From: Octopus sinensis
Taxonomy: Eukaryota
Direction: 5' to 3'
DNA length: 64,000 bases
NCBI RefSeq assembly: GCF_006345805.1
Contig: NC_043010.1
Span: 49,972,001-50,036,000, forward strand
The translations under genes were made by a program, and so were the position numbers. This document shows positions 1 through 10,757 of this stretch, piece by piece; position 1 is the stretch's first letter; each line of letters begins with the position of its first letter. A model generated the notes under the pieces. The model made no database searches. It was not told the origin of the DNA and worked only from the letters and a program-made list of their open reading frames with translations.

Positions 1-42
1 CTCACTTGTCCTGCCGGGTCTTCTCACGCACAGCATACTTCC
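1..42 (-). mobile_element. RTE LINE ORF 3' end fragment
   Basis: Minus strand reads ..[11 protein letters not shown], same family as 43498 and 49392. Confidence 0.7.
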
Positions 43-75
43 AATTTGTAAATATTTGTAAATATGTGATACTTA

Positions 76-232
76 GGTACCAGCATGGCTGTGTGGTTAA
101 GAAGCTTGTTGCCCAACCATATCGTTTCAGATTCAGTCCCAATGTGCAGCACCTTTGGACCTTGGGCAAGAGTTTTCTGCTATAGCTCCAGGCCTAATGA
201 GTGGATTTGGTCGACAGAAACTGAAAGAATGC
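76..232 (+). mobile_element. tRNA-derived SINE family A, 5' part
   Basis: GCATGGCTGTGTGGTTAAGAAG..CCTTGGGCAAG..GGATTTGG..GAAACTGAAAGAA; matches copies at 9740, 34706 and 44704. Confidence 0.75.
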
Positions 233-233
233 T

Positions 234-280
<47 letters not shown>

Positions 281-333
281 GCATTCTTTATATATATACA
301 GACACACACACACATTATATATATAAAAGCATT

Positions 334-373
<40 letters not shown>

Positions 374-410
374 ATACACAGGGGGAGAGAGAGAGAGAGA
401 GAGAGAGAGC
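228..410. repeat. Compound microsatellite (TA)n/(TG)n/(GA)n
   Basis: Seen directly. Confidence 0.95.
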
Positions 411-506
411 GAAAAGGTGGTCAGAATTTGGATATAAACTACTAATTTAGTGCTTTTGTCTCTTTTAGGGATTCATCATGAATGATTTCTTATAGAAAAT
501 TCATAC

Positions 507-541
<35 letters not shown>

Positions 542-543
<2 letters not shown>

Positions 544-1775
544 TAGCAGTATAACCTGGCCTGCCCAGGATTAAGTTACGATTATTAAGTTAATCAAGTT
601 CTTTATTTCAAACCAAACTAAGTAATATCGACGTCAAATTGGGCAAAATCCGTTGAAATTGGTTATATTATATATATATATTATATATATATAATATAAT
701 ATAATATAAATATATATGGGCAACAGACACGAACACACATGTACGTACGTACACCTATTGCATTGTTTTGTGCATGTTCATAAACAGAAATGAATGGGAA
801 AATGTTGATAAATATGTAGATTAACACTCGCACGATTTTCACTAAGAAAAATAATTGTTTTTTTCTGCGTGGAATCAACTACTCTGGCCTCCTAATATGC
901 TACAAAACCCTTTTTGTGGTCCGTGAAATGGAGTGGGTGTGGTGGAAACCTCGGAAATTGTACCCATTTGTATTGTGCAATTCACTGACAAATTGCTACT
1001 CACCTCTTTGTTTCTTTGTTGTTAAATAAATGGATTGTCAACAAAACACTTTTTTACTCGGCGTAAAATAAAAACAAAACTCTTTCGCACCCAAAGTAAT
1101 GTGTGTGAAGGAGAGGGGAAGAGAAAGATGAACGATTTAAAATAAATAAATGATTTAAAATAAATATATTGTGTGAGAAAGTATATATACTATGATTATA
1201 AAATATAGTGTCTTTCAAAAACATCCTGAATTTGAACACTATATCACGTGTTTAAGAAAAGATAAAACATTTTACATTTTATATTTTATGAACGTCGTCA
1301 CTTACTCTCTCTCTCTCTCACTTTGTCTTTCCGTGAAACTCTCTGCTTCTCTTCCACTTTTCTTTATCTTGTTTTTTTTTGTTAGACGCCGTCAGAAAGC
1401 TATGGCTGAAAAGAGATTTTTATAAACGTCGTCGTCACTTACTCTCTCTCTCCCTCTCTCACTTTGTCTTTCCAGTGAAACTCTCTGCCTCTCTTCTTCC
1501 ACTTTTCTTTATCTTGTTTTCTTTTTTGTTAGACGCCGTCAAAAAGCTATGGCTGAAAATAGATCTTTACCGCTAAAAGTTATGGCTGAAAATAGATTTT
1601 TACTGCTATCCGCGGGTGCTTCGGGAAAAAAATAAGTTGAAAAAACCCAGATAGGATGTTAACGAATGTCCTCCTAAAATTTAAGCGACATGTGTGCTAA
1701 TTTGTGGATGTGCATAAACTACAATCACGTACACACACACACACACACACATCTTGCCGTATATATATACAGATT
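542..1775 (+). mobile_element. Possible non-autonomous Helitron-like element with an internal ~134-bp tandem duplication
   Basis: Starts TACTAGCAGTATAACCTGGCCTGCCCAGG and ends in (AC)n + ..TATATATACAGAT, resembling invertebrate Helitron-like repeat termini. Duplicated unit at 1291-1424 and 1425-1570. Class is inferred. Confidence 0.4.
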
Positions 1776-2029
1776 ATATAAATATATATGTATTCCCAAC
1801 CACATGGTTCTGGATTCAGTACTATTGCGGGACACCTTGGGCAAGTGTCTTCTGCTATAGACTCGGGCCGACCAAAGACTTGTGAGTATATCTGGTTGAC
1901 GTAAACCGTAAGAAGCCCGTCTTATATATGTATATATATAATTATAGTATATTCTGTTAAGAACATAGTAGAACACAGTATAAAGCTCGCTTGTCCACTT
2001 TCACTTTTAAACTGTGCTTTCCAGTAGTA

Positions 2030-2520
2030 GTATTATATGTATTTCCAGGTTTGCGTTTGGGCATCTGTCGTGTGTGAATAGATAATTGAAAAAATTGGAG
2101 TCAACAAGAAGGGTACGGTTGGACATTTATTTTTTAATCACTACAATTGTTTGCACGCAACGAATTCTCCAGATGTGCAGGTACTTGATTAAGAAACTAT
2201 TTCCCTGCATTATGAGATCTAGTTGTGTTTCCTCAGGTGATATGTAAATATTGTCTCTGTAAATTTTAAATCCTCGGCTTCAAGAACATTCTATCTATCT
2301 GTCGTGGCCTTAATTTAGTAGTAGTCACAAAGCCTATCAGGGTATGTTGTTGGTGAAGGGCCGTTGGCAAACTGCTTTGAATGCGTAAATGTAGTGGGAT
2401 GGTGATTCTCGTACTCTTAAAGTGGTTGCCGTTTTAAAGAGATTGGTATTTTATTTCTTTGTACTGTTGATTTGTTCTTTATGGTTGGTTACACATATGA
2501 TTCTCCTTAGCTGGCCTTTA
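2030..2520 (-). mobile_element. Possible Penelope-like terminal repeat remnant with a degenerate hammerhead fold
   Basis: Minus strand ATCAC-CTGAGGA..(G)AAAC-AATT-GTA-GTGAT followed by AATAAA; no intact ORF. Confidence 0.35.
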
Positions 2521-2829
2521 AGATTCAACACTCGGACACATACACGCATATATGCGCGCACGCACACACATATATACATTCACATACATACACATATATA
2601 AAATCTACACACACATATACATACGGATGTGTACACACGCTCACATATACGGATGTGTACGCGCACTCACGTACATATATATAAGCACACCTACACTCGC
2701 TCGCATATACATACACAGATGCACGCGTGTGCATACACACACTTACACACATGTATACATATCTACTTACACACACCATACATATAAATATATAAATATA
2801 TAAATAATAATAATAATAATGAAATTATT

Positions 2830-3190
2830 GTATACAGTGCTCAGGTGCACCACAACTTGTCAGAAAGTGCGTATAAAGTGTATGCAGTAAAGTACAAATG
2901 TCTGGGAAGTGAACAGTGTATGAGTCAGATAGATGCTTGTGTGTGTATGGAGGGGAGAAAATCAGGTGTAGTGTTGGCGAATCTCAGGAAGCATGGAAGT
3001 TTTGAAGGATGCAGTGCTCCGACAACTAACAACCGATGCCGGCAGTTTGTTCCATGCTTCAGCAACTCTCAGCGTGAAAAAATGTTTCCTAAAGTCATGG
3101 GAGCTGTGCTGTTTTCTGACTTTGTAAATATGTCCACGGGTGTAAGACGGGTGGAGTTTGAAAAGGTGCTCAGAGTTATTGTTTGTAATA
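2830..3190 (-). mobile_element. CR1-clade LINE 3' end
   Basis: Minus frame TRGHIYKVRKQHSSHDFRKHFFTLRVAEAWNKLPASVVSCRSTASFKTSM matches the CR1 ORF2 C-terminal motif (RGH..RK.FF..RV..WN.LP). Confidence 0.8.
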
Positions 3191-3369
3191 TATATTCACT
3201 CACAAATTAAAAAAAGAGTAGCTTATTAGCAATTAAATAAAGGCGATTTTATTGAGGTCAAAAAAGTGACAGATGGTACTGACTAGTATAGTTTTTGTTA
3301 AAATAACTCAAAGCCACAAGAGCACTGAACTTAATGACTGATAAAGAGAGGTAAGTCCCCAGCGTGCAT

Positions 3370-3425
3370 AGCCAGATCGCAATTTCGGATTTTGATGCAG
3401 GCCATCTTAATCTTCATCAGCGACT
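3370..3425 (-). ncRNA. Type I hammerhead ribozyme motif
   Basis: AGTCG CTGATGA AGATT-AA-GATG-GCCTG-CATC-AA-AATCC GAAA TTGCG ATC/ TGGCT. Intact core; helix I 5 bp (2 G-U); two-part helix II with an A.C mismatch at its base; near-palindromic helix III; AUC site. Confidence 0.65.
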
Positions 3426-3560
3426 CTTAAAGCCTAGAGTTAAACAGGACTGCCTCTATCAGTCTTACAAGAAAAACCGTTGAAAACGTGCTGATTTTCA
3501 AAACGGTAAAAGTGTGAAAAATAAGTTTACACTTTTTCAAAATGGTAAAAGTGTAAACAA

Positions 3561-5390
3561 TAATTTTAGAAAAGTTTTTTGAAAAACTTTTGAAAAAATT
3601 TTCACCAAAATTTTCACCAAAATTTTTGAAAATTTTCCCCAAAATTTTAGAAAAGTTTTTTGAAAAATTTTTGAAAAAATTTTCACCAAAATTTTCACCA
3701 AAATTTTTGAAAAATTATTTTCCTAAATTTTCCCAAAAATTTTTTGAAAATTTTCCCCAAAATTTTTTGAAACATTTTCCCCAAAATTTTAGAAAAATTG
3801 TTTGAAAATTATCCCTAAAAATTTTCGAAACATTTTCACACCAAAATTTTCCCCAAATTTTTTGAAACATTTTCACCAAAATTTTTGAAAAATTTTGGTG
3901 AAAATGTTTTTTGGAAAATTTTCTATATTTTTTTTTAAATTTTCCCCAAAATTTTTGAAAAATTTTTTGAAACATTTTCACCAAAATTTTTGAAAAATTT
4001 TCCTAAATTTTTTGAGAATTTTCACCAAAATTTTAGAAAAGTTTTTTGAAAATTTTCCCCAAAAATTTTTGAAAAATTTTCACCAAAATTTTTGAAAATT
4101 TTCCTAAATTTTTTTGAAAATTTTTCCCAAAAATTTTAGAAAAGTTTTTTAAAAATTTTCCCCAAAAATTTTTGAAAGATTTTCACAAAATTTCCCCCAA
4201 AATTTTAGAAAAGTTTTTTGAAAATTTTTCCCCAAAAATTTTTGAAAAAGTTTTACCAAAATTTTCACCAAAATTTTTGAAAAATTTTCCTAAATTTTTT
4301 TGAAAATTTTCCACAAAAATTTTTGAAAAATTATTTGAAAATTTTCACCAAAAATTTTTGAAAAATTTTCACCAAAATTTTTGAAAAATTTTCCTAAATT
4401 TTTTTGAAAATTTTCCCCAAAAATTTTTGAAAAAGTTTTACCAAAACTTTCACCAAAATTTTTGAAAAATTTTCCAAAATTTTTTTGAAAATTTTCCCCA
4501 TTAATCTTTCAAAAATTTTTTGAAAATTTTCCCCAAAAATTTTAGAAAAATTGTTTGAAAATTTTCCCCAAAAATTTTTGAAAAATTTTTTGAAAATTTT
4601 CCCCAAATTTTTTGAAACATTTTCACCAAAATGTTTGAAAAATTATCCTAAATTTTTTTGAAAATTTTCCCCAAAAATTTTTGAAAATTTTTTTGAAATT
4701 GTTTTGAAATTGTTTTGAAAATTTTCCTCAAAAATTTTAGAAAAATTGTTTGAAAATTATCCCCAAAAATTTCTGAAAAATTTTTTGAAAATTTTCCCCA
4801 AAATTTTTTGAAACATTTTCACCAAAATATTTGAAAAAATTTTCCTAAATTTTTTTGAAAATTTTCCCCAAAAATTTTTGAAAAAATTTTCACCAAAATT
4901 TTTGAAAATTTTCCTAAATTTTTTTGAAAATTTTCCCCATTAATCTTTCAAAAATTTTTTGAAAATTTTCCCCAAAAATTTTAGAAAAATTGTTTGAAAA
5001 ATTTTCCCCAAAATTTTTGAAAAATTTTTTGAAAATTTTCCCCAAAATTTTTTGAAACATTTTCACCAAAATGTTTGAAAATTATCCTAAATTTTTTTGA
5101 AAATTTTCCCCAAAAATTTTTGAAAAATTTTTTGAATTGTTTTGAAATTGTTTGAAAATTTTCCTCAAAAATTTTAGAAAAATTGTTTGAAAATTATCCC
5201 CAAAAATTTCTGAAAAATTTTTTGAAAATTTTCCCCAAATTTTTTGAAACATTTTCACCAAAATATTTGAAAAATTTTCCTAAATTTTTTTTGAAAATTT
5301 TCCCCAAAAATTTTTGAAAAATTTTCACCAAAATTTTTGAAATATTTTCCTAAATTTTTTTGAAAATTTTTCCCAAAAATTTTAGGAAAG
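3561..5390. repeat. A/T-tract satellite (GAAAATTTTC / CCAAAATTTTTG units of ~10-12 nt) with a ~439-bp higher-order duplication
   Basis: Seen directly. Rare marker TTAATCTTTC recurs at 4501 and 4940; GAA(A)TTGTTTTGAAATTG recurs at ~4695 and ~5134. Confidence 0.95.
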
Positions 5391-5393
5391 TTG

Positions 5394-5680
5394 TCTATTG
5401 GTGTCCTTTGCCAAACCGCTAAGTTACGGGGATGTAAAGACACTACCATCGGTTATCAAGCGATATTGGTGGGACAAACATATGCACACACACATATATT
5501 TATATATACATATATACGATAGGCTCCCTTCAATTTCTGTCTACCAAATCCACTCACAAGGCTTTGGTTGGCCTGAGGCTATAGTAGCAGACACTTGCCC
5601 AAGGTGCCACGCAGTGGGAATGAACCTGGAACCATGTGGTTGGTAAGCACGCTACTTACCACACAGCCACTCCTGTGCCT
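5394..5680 (-). mobile_element. SINE family A (3'-truncated at the satellite)
   Basis: Matches 9740-10108 and 34706-35123. Confidence 0.85.
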
Positions 5681-5739
5681 ATAAGTATGATTAATGCCAA
5701 ACTAAACTCCACTTCCCAGCTTTTGGTTGATCCAAATCT

Positions 5740-6000
5740 ACTATTTTTTCTACTTTAGTCACAAGGTCTGAAATTTGGAGGTGGAGGCTAGTTGATTACA
5801 TCAACCTCAGATTTTGGGGGAGGGAGTTAGTTGATTATATTGACAGCAGTATTTGACCGGTACTTTATTTTATCAACTCTGAAAAGGATGAAAGGCAAGG
5901 TTACCCTCTGCAGAATTTGAACTCAGAATATGCAACCAGAAGGAATGCTGCTAATCATTTCATCATCCAATGAGTTAATGATTCTCCCTTTCTTCTTCCA
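5740..6000 (-). mobile_element. SINE family B, diverged
   Basis: GGTACTTTATTTTATCAACTCTGAAAAGGATGAAAGGCAAGGTT..GAATTTGAACTCAGAA core. Confidence 0.7.
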
Positions 6001-6579
6001 TCGCTTCAATTCACCTCTCTCTCTTTTTCTCTTTCTATAACTTCCATTCTCTCTATCAAGCACATTCTCTGTATTTTCCCTTCATTCTCACCCTCATCTC
6101 TGTTCTCCCCCATCACCAATACTGTCATACAAGATGTCCAATCCAGTGCTAAGTACTAGTGCTGCAGGAGATGCTTTATTTCTAGCTCAAGCAACTCAAG
6201 TATTTTAGACTGGGTGGCAGCGATAACATCAAAAGACAAATGGTAACCTTGCAAAGCACAACTTAGAATCCCACTAGCAATCTACCCCAATCCCAACTTA
6301 ATCTTCCTCACTTGCAATTTATCCCAAATTTATCACCTTAAACATCCTCCATGGAAATGTACCCCAAATCCATACTTAAGCTCTCTCACCTGCTATCTAC
6401 CCCAAACCCCAAGCTTGTCTCCCTTATCTGGAATCTGCCCCAACCTGCTGTCACAGCAAAGCAAAACAAAACACAGCAAAACAAAACAAAACAAAGCAAA
6501 ACAAAAAACAAAAGAAAACAAATACCAAAGTGACAATCTGGATAAGCTAGGGTTTTCTGAAAAAGAGATATCAGCCAGC

Positions 6580-7050
6580 TAATTCTTCTTTTTTAATCCT
6601 TTTTGCCTCTTGTGGAGCATAGGGCCTCAACAGCTGTTTTCCACTTTTTGCGGTCATTGGCGTGTTTCTTGGCTGCTTCCCATGTCAGGCCAGTGGTCCT
6701 GAGCTCGTCCAAAATGCTCCGCTTCCATGTCTGCTTTGGGTGTCTTCGCTTCCTTTTCTCTTGCAGGTTCCAGTCAAGTGCTTGCCGTGTCACATTTGAG
6801 GGTTCTTTCTGCAGTGTTCTTTCTCCATTTCCTTCATCTAATCTGAAGTTCCTGGTTGGCCCTTTCCCACAGGTCAGTGTTTGGCACTGTCAAACCACTT
6901 CAGATGGAGGATCTGCTGAAGACATTAGCACATTACAGATACAATCTGTAAGTGGAACAGTAAGAATATGCAAGACTTTTCTCAAGTTTAATGTGATTCC
7001 AATGATGGAGCTTTGTGGCTTTGTTAGAAACCAGCTTCTTCCTCAGAGTA
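6580..7050 (-). mobile_element. RTE LINE 3' fragment, degenerate
   Basis: TRQALDWNLQEKRKRRHPKQTWKRS..ANDRKKWKTAVEALCSTRGKKD* is a typical RTE ORF C-terminus. Confidence 0.85.
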
Positions 7051-7062
7051 AAAATTTAAATA

Positions 7063-8323
7063 CCGTAAAAACCCATGTAATTTACGCACTATTTTTGCAA
7101 AAATAAAAATAAACTTTAGTGGATGCATAAATTACATGAGCAGATCGTTTCCAGAATTTTTTTGAAATGTTTTTTTGTTGAAAAATGATGTACCAAAATG
7201 TCAACATTTGTACAAGAAGTTGACTCATTTAATGTCAGAATTGGTTTTTACAGAAAAAATAAGGGCTTAAAAATAAATGAAGTTGACTTTTATTTATGCT
7301 GGATAGTATAATGCTTACTTTTTCTGTATAAATTTACTAAAACCATTAAATGGTTAACTACTTTTTGAAGTCTGATGGTCATGCTGGTAAATACAGTCAG
7401 GGCCATATTTTACGTTGCTTGGAATTTCTACCTATCGCAATGGAGCACCATTGACATACATAGTGATATGGATATTCCTGACTGAAAAAAAATGTAATAT
7501 GAATAATCTTGATTGTATGTTTTTATTTTTGTCTATTTATTACTAGGCACAGTTTTAAGTTTGTCGTACTGTTTACACCAATTTTGAATATTGGCTTCAT
7601 AAACATTAAAATACCTTCTGGCAGCTCTATTGTCACATTCAAATGCATATTCAACATATTTAATTTCTCCTTTGCAGTAAATGATTCATAAGTTCTGCCC
7701 ATACTAACAATAACTGTAATGACAAATTTTAAGGTTTGCTTGACATTTTATGATACTCTGTATCAAAGGTTCCGACAAGAATAGGCAGAAAAGAATTCTG
7801 TTTACATAATCAGTTTGATTGGTCACCTTTCTCTGTCGATTGAGTAAAGTGTCATCCAAGCTCATGTTTATTGGTAATTAAACTTATTTTGCAACACCTG
7901 TGTGTATTTATCAGCTTTGTTTTTGTTCGTAATTCTTATCAACAATTTTTTCTGTGATCGTGATTTGAGAAGATATACAGCAGTATGCTATAAATCGGAC
8001 ATAATGTCTTGTGGGCAAGAAATGTAAAATAAAGTTTATTACAAACAATACAAACACTTCGTAATATGATAGCTTTCAATGTGATACCTGTTAAACAGAA
8101 ATTATTTTTATTTAATGAAAATTCAATAAAATCTAATCAATAAGTAAGTGAAATTATGCTAAATACAACTAAATTGAAAACCTTTTTCCCCTGGCTATAT
8201 TGGCAATTCTGAAAACTTTTGGTTGCAAATTTTACATGAATAGAAGCCTTTTTTAAACATATTTTGTCCTGAAAACCACCTGTGTAAATTATACAGGTGC
8301 ACAAATTACATGGATTTTTACAG
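7063..8323 (-). mobile_element. Internally deleted pogo-type (Tc1/mariner superfamily) DNA transposon
   Basis: TA TSDs at 7061-7062 and 8324-8325. Termini TACCGTAAAAACCCATGTAATTTACGCAC and TACTGTAAAAATCCATGTAATTTGTGCAC are 25/29 identical. Frameshifted remnant from ATG 7702 (-): MGRTYESFTAKEKL/VEYAFECDNRAARRYFNVYEANIQNWCKQYDKLK, resembling the Brinker-type HTH of pogo transposases. Confidence 0.8.
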
Positions 8324-8687
8324 TAATTAAAAACAGAACACACATGTACGCACGCATACACACACATTCATAGACAAAAGAAATCATATTTACATGTCTA
8401 TAACCTGAGTTTGTATTAAATATTAATAAAAACAACCAACTGTTACATGTAATTTCAAAGCTAAAATATCTCCAGATGTTACGACTGTTCACTACTAGAT
8501 AATGAATAATACTTCAATAGATTTTAATACGTTCTAAAGCTCAGGAGGAAGAAATAAGAACAAAAATTATAATAATTAATCAGACATTTAGATCTATGTT
8601 GAAATTAGTGTTGAGGTATCCATGGAAGATGCATGGGTGATAATAAATATTCAGCCTTTATAATTAATTGCTGCAAACTGTATTTAA

Positions 8688-8907
8688 CCCTTTAGTGTTT
8701 AAACCAGCCATATCTGGCCCAGATATTATACATGTTTTATATTCAAACTGGCCATATCTAGCCTCTCACACCTAACCTACATTGACTTTCTAAAAATAAA
8801 CTATCACATCATTGAAACCTCAAAGCTATAAGATAATGCATGATTAATTCAAAACAATTTGAGTGAAAAAGTATTACATTTAACCGAGTAATCTGAACAC
8901 TAAAGGG
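8688..8907. mobile_element. piggyBac-type MITE (family 1)
   Basis: TTAA|CCCTTTAGTGTT..AACACTAAAGGG|TTGA; internal sequence shared with 55772, ~57525 and 63348. Confidence 0.75.
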
Positions 8908-9014
8908 TTGATCCTTTAGCATTTAAATTGGTCATTCAAAACAACCAGATCCAGCTACTCTACAATGCCATTCTAAAAATAAACCATCACATCAAAATCT
9001 TGAAGCTATGAGAT

Positions 9015-9230
9015 ATCATCATCATCGTTTAACATCCGCTTTCCATGCTAGCATGGGTTGGATGATTTGACTGAGGACTGATGAACCAGATGGCTGCACC
9101 AGGCCCCAATCTTGATCTGGCAGAGTTTCTACAGCTGGATGCCTTTCCTAATGCCAACCACTCTGAGAGCTTTTATGTGCCACTGGTATGAGGGCCAGTC
9201 AGGCGGTACTGGCAACGACCACGAAAAAAT
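9015..9230 (-). mobile_element. RTE 3'-UTR end (family D) with (GAT)n tail
   Basis: CATCATCATCGTTTAACATCCGCTTTCCATGCTAGCATGGGTTGG..CTGGATGCCTTTCCTAATGCCAACC; same as the end of 42960-44030 and 49392-50130. Confidence 0.8.
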
Positions 9231-9739
9231 CATGTTTTTTTTTTTTAAATAATATAAGATTAATTCAAAACAATGTGAATAAATAAGTATTGCGTTTGAT
9301 AGTAGTCTGAATGCGAAAGGGTCAAAAGGATCAACTGAATAAAGTACTTGTTCCTCTCTATCATTTAATGAATAATAAAGCTGTCCTCTCTGCTTCCTCA
9401 TAGCCAATGGCACTTCTGACTTTCTGTTCATAACCTCTCAGGTTACGATTCAGTCCCCTATGGTTTTGCATATCGTAGGTGACAGATGAAAGATGTGACA
9501 CAAACAAGTACAGACACAACACTGGTTTTTTGGAACCTTCAGTTCCAAAGCGTTTCTGAATTACAGATTTTTCTGAACCAGGGTTGGTCACCTTGGTCTT
9601 TGTTAAACAAATGTTAAATTTACTTAAATAATTAAATGAAATGCAGGCACCTGTACATTAGTGTAAATGATACAAATTTAATAATATCGTACTGAGGAGG
9701 GTACTAGTCAGTGCAAGGTGCCAGTAAACTAGTTTGGTA

Positions 9740-10108
9740 CTCTTTTACTTGTTTCAGTCACTTGACGGTGGCCATACTGGAGCACTGCCTTTAGTCAAGC
9801 AAATCAACCCCGGGACTTATTCTTTGTAAGCCTAGTACTTATCCTATAGGTCTCTTTTGCTGAACTGCTAAGTTACGGGGACGTAAACACACCAGCATCG
9901 GTTGTCAAGCGATGTTGGGGGGACAAACACAGACACACAAACATATACATATGACAGGCTTCTTTCAGTTTCCATCTACCAAATCCACTCACAAGGCTTT
10001 GGTTGGCCCAAGGCTATAGTAGAAGACGCCCAAGGTGCCACACAGTAGGACTGAACCTGGAACCATGTGGTTGGTAAGCAAGCTACTTACCACACAGCCA
10101 CTCCTGTG
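9740..10108 (-). mobile_element. SINE family A, near full length
   Basis: tRNA-like head GTGGCTGTGTGGTAAGTAGCTTG..GGTTCCAGGTTCAGTCC through to the tail ..GACTGAAACAAGTAAAAGA. Confidence 0.9.
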
Positions 10109-10539
10109 GCTGATAGAATTTGAAGTTCATGCTAATAAATTAGATAGAAATAAAAGATAATGAATCTTTCTGAGTTGTATATACTCATAGGGCTGGTTTC
10201 CTGGTTTCTGTGGCGTACACTCCTCGCCTGGATGGAATGCCAGTCCATTGCAGGATTACTCATTTTTGCTAACCGAATGAACTAGAGCTATGTGAAATGA
10301 AGTGTTTTGGCAAACACACTCTAAATTAAACAAAAATTGAATTTAAATAATTGAATGAAATGCAGGTAGCTGTACATTAGTATAAATGATACAAGTCTGT
10401 GAATACTATACAGTGAAGGGTACTAGTCTGTGCAAAGCATCACTAAATTAGTCTGGTAGCTGTGGGAATTTGAAGCTCTGGCTAATAAATTAGATATATA
10501 TATAAAGCTTAAAGATCCTTCCTGAGTCATATAGACTCA

Positions 10540-10757
10540 TAAGGTCTGTAGGTCATATAGACTCATAGGGCAGGTTTTCCAGTTTCATGGTAGATATATT
10601 CCTCCCTGGATCGGATGCTGGTCTGTTGCAGAATTATTCGTTTTTGCCAGCTGAGTGGACTGGAGCATCGTAAGGCATTGCCTGGTCTAGAAATTGAAAC
10701 CACAGTCTTATGACCATGAATTCAGTACCCTAACCACTAAGCCACGTACTTCCACTA
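10540..10757 (-). mobile_element. SINE family C (CORE-like middle)
   Basis: GCTCCAGTCCACTCAGCTGGCAAAAACGAATAA on the minus strand; head GGAAGTACGTGGCTTAGTGGTTAGGG. Confidence 0.75.

Noticed and set aside
85-450. 121-aa ORF and similar YI/VC/HT-repeat ORFs across the window
   Set aside because: Read-through of SINE plus (TA)n/(TG)n/(GA)n microsatellites.
3427-4606. F/K/N/P-rich ORFs (3427-3642, 3590-3805, 3715-3984, 4394-4606)
   Set aside because: Translations of the A/T-tract satellite; no coding signal or splice context.
3561-5390. TTTTGGGG-like runs on the minus strand as telomeric repeats
   Set aside because: Not tandem and not the TTAGGG repeat expected in molluscs; incidental to the satellite unit.
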